DNA of 64,000 nucleotides from an uncultured bacterium (GTDB taxonomy: Bacteria > Acidobacteriota > Thermoanaerobaculia > Multivoradales > JAHZIX01): the NCBI GenBank assembly GCA_965368975.1, contig CBDUPA010000003.1:224001-288000 (forward strand). The letters are read 5' to 3'. A program made the position numbers and the translations under genes. Below, one piece after another: positions 28,756-36,089 of the stretch; the stretch's first letter is position 1, and each line of letters opens with the position of its first letter. The notes beneath the pieces are model-generated. The model made no database searches and had not been told where the DNA came from. It worked only from the letters and a program-made list of their open reading frames with translations.

Positions 28756-29481
28756 TCAAATGCTATCAGAAGTCGTCAGCCAGCCGCGTTCCTGCGCGAG
28801 GTGCACGGCCTCGTGGCGGTTCTCGACCTCCAGCTTGTCGAGGATGTGGTGGACGTGATTCTTCACCGTATGCACCGACAAGTGCAGTTCCTGAGCGATG
28901 CGTTTGTTGGAGGCACCGTGCGCGATCAGCTGCAGGACCTCCATCTCGCGCGCTGTCAGCGCCAGGGCCTCCGCCCTCAGCCGTTTGCGATGACGTGCTT
29001 CCAGCTGTTCAAGGTGCTTGAGCAGAGCGCGGGTGATTGCCGGCGAGCTGACGGCCTCACCGGCGGCGAGCCGGCGCACGGCGTCCGCAAGTTCCACCAG
29101 CGACGTGTCGCGCGACAGGTAGCCGCGCACACCGGCACGTACGCTCGGAAGTAGCAGCGTGTCGACATCGAACGGACCCAGCAGCAGCAAGCGCGCTCCA
29201 TCCAGCTCGCGTGCCAGGTCGCGGATCAACGACAAGTCCTCGGCGTCGGAGCGGGCCGGCGCAATCAGCACCACGTCCGGTTGCTGCTCGCGACCCAGTT
29301 CGAGAGCCTCTGCGGCGTCGCCGGTGGCACCAGCGACCTCGAGATCCTCGCCATCCAAGGCCAGGATCAGGCAGTCACGCAGCACCTTGTGCGGTGTGAC
29401 CACCAGCAGGCGGATTTTCGGTCTCAACGGTACGTCTCCCTGCAGCTTCGCTCCCACCAGCGAACCTGCTCTGCGTTCCAC
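28756..29481 (-). CDS. NarL/LuxR-family regulator with atypical receiver domain
   Basis: LTAREMEVL..G.SNK.IA..L.LS.HTVKNHV HTH; DVVLIA in place of DVVLLD. Confidence 0.88.
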   Translation of the reverse strand: MERRAGSLVGAKLQGDVPLRPKIRLLVVTPHKVLRDCLILALDGEDLEVAGATGDAAEALELGREQQPDVVLIAPARSDAEDLSLIRDLARELDGARLLLLGPFDVDTLLLPSVRAGVRGYLSRDTSLVELADAVRRLAAGEAVSSPAITRALLKHLEQLEARHRKRLRAEALALTAREMEVLQLIAHGASNKRIAQELHLSVHTVKNHVHHILDKLEVENRHEAVHLAQERGWLTTSDSI

Positions 29482-29602
29482 GGCTGACCTCGTCCCGCCA
29501 GCGACGAGCCGTGGATTGCAGGACCGCCTGAGGATACCCGAAACGCTGTGCTTGTCAAAGCACCTGTTCCAGGGCGGTCACTGCCGGCATCGGCTTCGCG
29601 AT

Positions 29603-30331
29603 TCACCCGTCGAGTTCCTCATGGCGCTGCGTCTGCGACGATCGCGGTGCAGTCTCCTCTGCCCTTGAAGCTGGTGCCTCTGAAGCGGCTGCCTCTGAGG
29701 GGGGTGGCAGCCAACCACGGCGCTGTGCTTCGTCGACGGCTTGGGCGCGTCTGCGAGCGTTGAGTTTGTCCAGGATGTTGTGCACGTGGTTCTTGATCGT
29801 GTGGATCGACAGGCCGAGGCGCTCGGCCACGGCCTGATTGCCTAGCCCTTCCTGGATCAGCGTCAGGACATCCAGTTCGCGCGCCGTCACTCGTGGTTGC
29901 TGGTCCGAGGTGGTGGCCTGACGGTAGCGGGCTTGCAGCCGTCGGAGCAGAGCTGGCAACTCCTGTGGTGGGCAGCCTGCCTTGCCGCGCAGCGCTGGCC
30001 GCAGGATGTCGAGCAGCTCCCGGAAGCTGCATTCGCGCGACACGTAGGCGGGGGTCTTGTCCGCCAGTTCTGGCGGCACCATCAGCAACAGGCGGCAGTG
30101 ACTGGGCAGAGTACGCGCTACCTGGTTCAGTCGCAGCAGTTCCGTGGGGCGCCGTCCGTCGGTCTCTATGATCACCAGGGCTGGAGCCTCGGGCAGCAAC
30201 GGGGCAGTGTCGATGCGTAGGTCTGCCTGCACGACGGCGTGGTCTGGGAAGGCTCGCTCCAGGCGCGCGGCGAGGCCTTCACGCCAGACACCGAAATTAC
30301 TGAGCACGAGAAGTGTCGGACTGTCGAGCAT
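29603..30331 (-). CDS. LuxR-family regulator with degenerate receiver domain
   Basis: VTARELDVL...TIKNHVHNILDKL; start may be 30331 or 30367. Confidence 0.82.
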   Translation of the reverse strand: MLDSPTLLVLSNFGVWREGLAARLERAFPDHAVVQADLRIDTAPLLPEAPALVIIETDGRRPTELLRLNQVARTLPSHCRLLLMVPPELADKTPAYVSRECSFRELLDILRPALRGKAGCPPQELPALLRRLQARYRQATTSDQQPRVTARELDVLTLIQEGLGNQAVAERLGLSIHTIKNHVHNILDKLNARRRAQAVDEAQRRGWLPPPSEAAASEAPASRAEETAPRSSQTQRHEELDG

Positions 30332-30452
30332 GGTCTGGACCCGTTGGGAACGGCCCCTCGGTTGCACAAGCCGTCTCAGCTGCCGAAGAAGAGGAGCCGA
30401 AGAAGAAATGGAGAGCTGCGCGGCGTCTACCGTGCTTCAGGAGGCCGCGTCT

Positions 30453-31157
30453 TCAGACTGGAGAGCGGAGCGTCGAGCGCCACGGAGACTCGCCTTCCAA
30501 GATGCCGCTTTCGTAGGCACAGCGAATGGCATCGCGCCGACGGCGAACCTGGAACTTCGTGAGGATGTTGTGCACGTGGTTCTTGATCGTGGGCACGGTG
30601 ATTTCCAGGCGAGACGCGATTTCTTTGTTGCGCAGGCCACCCGCCATGTGCTGCAGCACTTGCAGTTCGCGCCGCGTCATGGCCACTCTCGCCGGTGCGC
30701 CGGACTCTGGCTCGGCAGTGAGGAGGCAGCGTAGCCGTTGGAGGGCGGCATCGAGCACTGGTTGCCCGAGATTGGGTTGCCGGCGGTGAACTTGACGGAT
30801 GTTGCCCAGGAGCTCCGGGATGGAGGCCTGTTTCAGACTGACGCTGGCAGCACCGGCTGCCAGGAGCTGTACGACCTGCGCTACGTTGTCGGCATCCAGA
30901 CCGAAGGGCAGAATCTCGGCGGCGGAGCCGACGGTGCGCAACTGCCGGGTGATGTCCAAAGCACGGCGCGTCCCGAGTCCGGTGTCGAGCAGGACCACAT
31001 CCGCCTGGCTGCGTTGCAGACGCTGCTGCGCCTCGCCATCGAAATCCTGACTCTCGCCGGCTAGCTGCAACTCGGCCTGGTCCTCGAGACAGTCACCCAG
31101 GACTTCTCGCATCAGGCGGTGGCGGCAGATCAGGAAGACGCGAATGGGGTCGTTCAT
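30453..31157 (-). CDS. NarL/LuxR-family regulator
   Basis: DVVLLD retained but N-terminal acidic pair replaced (LICRH); MTRRELQVL...TIKNHVHNIL. Confidence 0.86.
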   Translation of the reverse strand: MNDPIRVFLICRHRLMREVLGDCLEDQAELQLAGESQDFDGEAQQRLQRSQADVVLLDTGLGTRRALDITRQLRTVGSAAEILPFGLDADNVAQVVQLLAAGAASVSLKQASIPELLGNIRQVHRRQPNLGQPVLDAALQRLRCLLTAEPESGAPARVAMTRRELQVLQHMAGGLRNKEIASRLEITVPTIKNHVHNILTKFQVRRRRDAIRCAYESGILEGESPWRSTLRSPV

Positions 31158-31352
31158 GGCCAAGAAGGGGGTCCGACTGCACAAAGTTTTGCGCTACACG
31201 ACCCTTTGTCGATACTCATCAGATGTAAGATTCAATCGTTCGTGGGATTTCGAACGCTCCTGTGTTGCGATCATCGGTAACCCTACGTTTCAGGTCGAGC
31301 CGCGGCAATGAGTCGCAGGTCCTAAAAAGGATGCTGGCTCCTTAATGGTCGA

Positions 31353-31366
31353 TCATAGATCTATGA
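31353..31366. promoter_or_regulatory. Perfect 14-bp palindrome TCATAGATCTATGA, candidate operator
   Basis: Exact dyad in the AT-rich divergent intergenic region between the LuxR trio and the XRE gene. Confidence 0.5.
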
Positions 31367-31637
31367 ATCAGTTCCCATTGTTGTATCCGACAGAGTAAAA
31401 AAGAACGATCGAGGAACGCTTGGGCGGTCGCGTCACGGCCTGTGGAAGAGAAATCGCCTGGGAGAGGTGGCTAAGTGGCACCGTGGGCGAAGCCGCAGGG
31501 GTTCAGGGTCGGTTGGCGGTGATGACAGGAATGCCTGTGCGAGCCGGACGGGGAGTTGCTGAAACAGCCCCCGAGAGCCAGGTCGTGCGCGCTGCTGCGG
31601 CTGCAGGAGAAAGCGGCCCGGCTCGTCCCGCAGGTGG

Positions 31638-31666
31638 TTGACCTTGAGCACATGCCGTCATAGCAT
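31638..31666 (+). promoter_or_regulatory. Putative leaderless sigma70 promoter of the XRE gene
   Basis: TTGACC-N17-TAGCAT ending 6 nt before ATG 31673; no SD. Confidence 0.65.
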
Positions 31667-31672
31667 AGGCGC

Positions 31673-32065
31673 ATGGACGTGCCCCAGCCCCTGCAGCAAG
31701 CTCAACTGGTGGGTCGGAAGTTGCGTCAGCTGCGGAAGGAGCGCAAGCTTACTCAGAGTCAGCTGGCCAAGCGCATTGGTATCCAGCAGTCGGATCTGTC
31801 GCGCATGGAGCAAGGGCGCTATCGAGTGAGTTTGGACACGCTTTTCCGCATCCTGGCGGAATTCGATATTAGCCTCGCCGAGTTCTTCGACGAGGGACAG
31901 GCGGAGTCCTTCACGCCGCGGGATGTGCTGCTGATCCGGCAGTTTCGCGGTCTGCCGGAAGATGCCAAGGCGGAAGTCGAATCGTTCATCGGCTTCAAGC
32001 GGGGAAGTGGGTCGCAGTCCGAAGCCGCCACCGGGGAGGGTGGCTCCGGTGCCGGGGATACTTGA
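31673..32065 (+). CDS. XRE-family HTH transcriptional regulator
   Basis: GRKLRQLRKERKLTQSQLA..IGIQQSDLSRMEQG. Confidence 0.9.
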   Translation: MDVPQPLQQAQLVGRKLRQLRKERKLTQSQLAKRIGIQQSDLSRMEQGRYRVSLDTLFRILAEFDISLAEFFDEGQAESFTPRDVLLIRQFRGLPEDAKAEVESFIGFKRGSGSQSEAATGEGGSGAGDT

Positions 32066-32988
32066 ACACTCGAGGTTTGAAACTCGAAAGGTACGGTATG
32101 GATCTTCGTAAGGAATATGACGCTCAGCGGCAGCGCGGAGCCGCCGCGGTGCGGGACGCTCGGCTGGGAGTTGCGCTCGACAGCTTTGAGCAGGCCGAGA
32201 GTCTTGCGCAGCGGCTCAAGGACCCGGTCCTGATCGACCGCGCACGCTGCAACCGCTACGCCGTGGCCATTGAGCTGGGGCAGGCGGAAGGCGCCGTGCC
32301 AGCGCTGGCTGCCATCCTGATGCGCAAGAAGGACGGAGAGAACAGTCGCTTGGCCGCCTATCATCTCGCCCGTCTCTACCAGGCGCGCAAGGAAATCCCG
32401 CGAGCTCTGTTCTACGCGCGCCAAGCCGAAGAGCTGGCGCGCGACAGCCAGCGTCCCGAGTGGATTGCCATGAGTCACAACCAACTCGGCATGCTGCTGG
32501 TGGCGGACAGCCGCTTCGAGCCCGCGCTGGAGCGGCTAGAAACAGCTCTGGCGCACGCCCCCGGCCCCTCAGTGCAGCGCGGCATCATCCTCGACAACAT
32601 TGGCTATTGCCGCTTGCTCCTGGGCCGCTCGCGGGAGGGGTTCCGGGCTCTCTTCGCCAGCCTGCGCCTGCTCAACCGCCTGGGCGAGCGGTTCTACGAG
32701 ATCGGTCCCCGCTTGAGCCTGTGCTTCGGCTACCTCGACCTGGGCCGCTACCACCGTGCGTTCCGCCACGGCCAGGTGGCGCTTCGTTTCGCGGAGCAAG
32801 CGGAGGATCCCGAGAACCTCAAGGCGTCGCTCTTCTTGTTGGGTGAAGCCGCCAAGCTGACCGGCCGTGACCTCGTCGCCCGGCGCTACTTCTCGCGTCT
32901 GCAGGAGAGCTTCTTCCCCAAGGACACCTATCTGACCGACCTGCTGATGCTGATCGACGCCCGGCAGATGATCAACCTCAAGGCCTGA
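32062..32988 (+). CDS. Tetratricopeptide-repeat protein
   Basis: TPR-like helices (AYHLARLY, SHNQLGML, LDNIGYC, LFLLGEA); overlaps XRE stop; alternative ATG at 32098. Confidence 0.8.
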   Translation: MNTRGLKLERYGMDLRKEYDAQRQRGAAAVRDARLGVALDSFEQAESLAQRLKDPVLIDRARCNRYAVAIELGQAEGAVPALAAILMRKKDGENSRLAAYHLARLYQARKEIPRALFYARQAEELARDSQRPEWIAMSHNQLGMLLVADSRFEPALERLETALAHAPGPSVQRGIILDNIGYCRLLLGRSREGFRALFASLRLLNRLGERFYEIGPRLSLCFGYLDLGRYHRAFRHGQVALRFAEQAEDPENLKASLFLLGEAAKLTGRDLVARRYFSRLQESFFPKDTYLTDLLMLIDARQMINLKA

Positions 32989-32993
32989 CCGTC

Positions 32994-34508
32994 ATGAAGA
33001 AGCCCGCCATGAAGAAGCCCGCCATGAACAACGTCGTCTCTCGAAGCTTTCCGGCCACGGCAGCCACGGTCGTGTCGATGCTGGCCCTGATGTCGATTCT
33101 GGCCCTGGTGACGGTGGCCGTACCGGCCAGCGCCGCAGGCAATCCCGTGGTTGCGGGTGATGCACTGCTGGCAGATGACGGTACCGTCTACCGGATCTTG
33201 GGTGGACCCTACAGCGAGCTCTTCCCCGAAGGCACCGAGGGGTTTGGAGCCGCGCCGGTGCTGGCGCTCGACGTCGTGAGCGCGGACGGAGACACCCATC
33301 GCTGGCTGGTTCCGGGGACCGGGGACGACGATCTCGATGGTCTGCCCGTTGCCGTCTATCAAGCCGCCACCAATGGTTTGTATCTCTTCTGGCAGAGCCG
33401 TATCGGCACCGACGCTCACTTGCAGCTGATCGGCTTCGATGGCGATGGCTTCGGAGACCGGATCGCCATCCTCAGCGAGGGCCAGACGCCGCGAGCTGGT
33501 TCCGCCGGCCTGACGGTGACCAGTGATCGCGTTCCGTCGAGTAGCGTGCAGGGGGCCACGGTCCAGCGTTCGGTCGTGCACCTGGTGTGGTGGGCCGAAA
33601 CGTCGGAGTTGGGTGAGGGCGCCTACTATGCGCCGGTGGTGCTCGAAGACGGCGCCTACCTGGGCTGGCATCCGGTGTTGCCCTTGAACACCCTGCAGCC
33701 TGCCGGCCCCCCGGCCGAGAGTGCCGGTTCCGGCGCTACCAACGTGCTGCCGAGCAATCCCGTGGTGCAGCCCGGCCGCGACCGCTGGTCCGTCGTGCTC
33801 GCTTTCACCGATGCGGAACGGCGTGAGCTGGTGACCGCCGAGGCACGTCTGCTGCCCGGTGAGCTGGTCACCCTGGCGCGCGAGGCGGCGGCCTTCGTCG
33901 ACGAGACCGACCCTGGTGTCGGTGGCGTCGAGAGCTTGGCCGAGGGCATCGGCAGCCACTTGATCGAGATCGGCTTCTGGGCTCATCCGTCGCTGCGCGG
34001 GTACTTCGCCACCTCGGCGCGCGACCGCTTGCTCGATCTGGCGTACGACTGGAACGCTCCAGCCATTCCGCAAGACGCGCTGGGCGAGAAGATCGGCAGC
34101 CACTTGATCGAGATCGGTTCGCGCTACTTCGGCCGTGACGGCTTCATCGATTTCGATGGGACCGAACCCGTGCATTTGCTCACTCTGCGTCCGGACGGCC
34201 CCGGTGTTGCCGGTAGCCTCGAGGAGGAAGACCTCGGCTTGCTAGAGGACACCTCGGCGCTGCACCTGATCCGACTCTACGTCGTGTCCCGCCTGTCGCT
34301 GCCCGATGCCGAGAGCGGTGACGGAGCCAAGGTCTTCGTCGGTGGCAGTGGCGAGCAGAGCCTGATCAGCTGGGAAGAGGGTGACACCATCCACTACCGC
34401 GAGAGCCGCGGTGCTGGCTGGACGCCGTCGCTCTCGTTGTCTCTGACTCCGGGCCTCGACCGTGAGCAAGCCTACCGCTTGCTGTCGGAACGCGTACGAG
34501 AGCGCTGA
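32994..34508 (+). CDS. Secreted hypothetical protein with duplicated IGSHLIEIG motif
   Basis: Long hydrophobic signal ending ASA; starts 5 nt after TPR stop. Confidence 0.75.
   Translation: MKKPAMKKPAMNNVVSRSFPATAATVVSMLALMSILALVTVAVPASAAGNPVVAGDALLADDGTVYRILGGPYSELFPEGTEGFGAAPVLALDVVSADGDTHRWLVPGTGDDDLDGLPVAVYQAATNGLYLFWQSRIGTDAHLQLIGFDGDGFGDRIAILSEGQTPRAGSAGLTVTSDRVPSSSVQGATVQRSVVHLVWWAETSELGEGAYYAPVVLEDGAYLGWHPVLPLNTLQPAGPPAESAGSGATNVLPSNPVVQPGRDRWSVVLAFTDAERRELVTAEARLLPGELVTLAREAAAFVDETDPGVGGVESLAEGIGSHLIEIGFWAHPSLRGYFATSARDRLLDLAYDWNAPAIPQDALGEKIGSHLIEIGSRYFGRDGFIDFDGTEPVHLLTLRPDGPGVAGSLEEEDLGLLEDTSALHLIRLYVVSRLSLPDAESGDGAKVFVGGSGEQSLISWEEGDTIHYRESRGAGWTPSLSLSLTPGLDREQAYRLLSERVRER
33948..34117 (+). 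repeat. Identical 26-bp direct repeat atcggcagccacttgatcgagatcgg
   Basis: Copies at 33948-33973 and 34092-34117, 144 bp apart and in frame. Confidence 0.92.
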
Positions 34509-34554
34509 CGCTCAGACTGGTTCGGCCGGTGCGGCCTGTGGCACAATGCGGGCC

Positions 34555-36072
34555 ATGAACGCCAAGCCCTGTACCGCCTGCCCGACGACCTCGACCCCCG
34601 TTTCAATTGCCGTCTCGACCGGGCCGACTTCCCGGGTCGCACTCACTTTACTAGCAGTGACTGTGCTGACCCTGACGAGCTTGCTCACGGCCTGCGGCGG
34701 AGAGCCAGTCGGGACTCCGATCGCTGCGTCGGCTGCGGCTGCTACCGCTGCTGACGTGCGCGAGCGGGCGCTGCGCAGTGACGGAGCGTACGAACTGGTG
34801 TCGTCTCTGACCACCGAAGTCGGGCCGCGGCTCGCCGGCAGTGACGGCGATCGGCGTGCCGTGCAATGGGCCACCGACGCCTTCCGTCGACTCGGCTTCG
34901 ACGACGTGCAGCTGCAGCCTGTCCTGGTGCCGCAGTGGATCCGTGGCAGAGCGTCGGCTGAGATCGTCAGCCCCTACCCGCAGCCCATGGTGGTGGTTGC
35001 CCTCGGCGGTTCCGTTGCGACGCCGCCGGAAGGAATCGAGGCAGAGGTCCTGCGCTTGGAGAGCCTGGACGCCCTGGAGGTGACCGACGCTGCCGAGGTT
35101 ACGGGCAAGATCGTCTTTTTCGATGGCGGCTGGATGCCGCGGCGTCAGGATGGCGGCGGTTATGGGACGGCCGTGAAGCCGCGGGGGGAAGGCGCCGCCA
35201 AGGCGGCTGCCAAGGGAGCGGTGGCGGTGATCATTCGCTCGGCGGGGACGTCCGAGGACCGTATCGCCCACACCGGGACCAATCGCTACAGCGAGGACAG
35301 CCCACGGATTCCGGCGGCAGCGCTGTCGAATCCGGACGCCGACATGCTCAGCGAGCAGTTGTCGCGCGGTACTGTGACCTTCCGCCTACACCTGGATACC
35401 GAAGAGCGCGAGCCCGTCGAGTCGGCCAACGTGATCGCCGAGTTGCGCGGTCGGGAACTGCCAGACGAGATCGTGCTCCTGGGCGCCCACCTCGACTCAT
35501 GGGACCTCGGTACCGGGGCTCTCGACGACGGGGCTGGCTGCGCCATCGTCATGGAAGCTGCTCGTCTGATCAGCGAGCTGCCGCAGCGTCCACGCCGGAC
35601 CGTCCGGGTGGTCTTGTTCGCCAACGAGGAGTTTGGCCTCGACGGCGCCAAGACCTACACGCAGGAGCGTGAGGGTGAGCTGGCACAGCACGTCGCCGCC
35701 GTCGAAGCCGACTTCGGTGCCGGCCGGGTCTGGCGTTTCCGTTCGTGGGTCGACCCGCAAGCACTGCCCGCGGTCGAGGAAATCGCGAGTGTGCTAGAGC
35801 CCTTGGGTATCGAGTTCCTGGGCAACGAGGCGCGCGGCGGCGCTGATCTGAGCAAGATGTCCGATGCCCGTGTGCCGGTCTTCGATCTCAGTCAGGACGG
35901 CACGCACTACTTCGACGTCCACCACACGGTCAACGATACGATCCAGCGCGTCGATCGCGAAGACATCGCGCAGAACGCTGCCGCTTACGCGGTCTTCGCC
36001 TACATGGCGGCGGAAATGGATGTCGATTTTCGGCCTTCGCCGGTGCGGCCGCCGGACTCGTCGCGACGCTAG
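34555..36072 (+). CDS. M28-family metallopeptidase with PA domain (carboxypeptidase Q-like), probable lipoprotein
   Basis: LTAC lipobox, GPRLAGS, GAHLDSWDLGTGALDDGAG, ANEE.GL, HHT.ND. Confidence 0.9.
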   Translation: MNAKPCTACPTTSTPVSIAVSTGPTSRVALTLLAVTVLTLTSLLTACGGEPVGTPIAASAAAATAADVRERALRSDGAYELVSSLTTEVGPRLAGSDGDRRAVQWATDAFRRLGFDDVQLQPVLVPQWIRGRASAEIVSPYPQPMVVVALGGSVATPPEGIEAEVLRLESLDALEVTDAAEVTGKIVFFDGGWMPRRQDGGGYGTAVKPRGEGAAKAAAKGAVAVIIRSAGTSEDRIAHTGTNRYSEDSPRIPAAALSNPDADMLSEQLSRGTVTFRLHLDTEEREPVESANVIAELRGRELPDEIVLLGAHLDSWDLGTGALDDGAGCAIVMEAARLISELPQRPRRTVRVVLFANEEFGLDGAKTYTQEREGELAQHVAAVEADFGAGRVWRFRSWVDPQALPAVEEIASVLEPLGIEFLGNEARGGADLSKMSDARVPVFDLSQDGTHYFDVHHTVNDTIQRVDREDIAQNAAAYAVFAYMAAEMDVDFRPSPVRPPDSSRR

Positions 36073-36089
36073 CGCCCGATGGAGGCATC

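Noticed and set aside
31465-31540. Faint resemblance to a c-di-GMP-I riboswitch
   Set aside because: No GGCAAA/GNRA P2 or GCAAAG core, and the downstream gene appears leaderless; would need an Infernal hit
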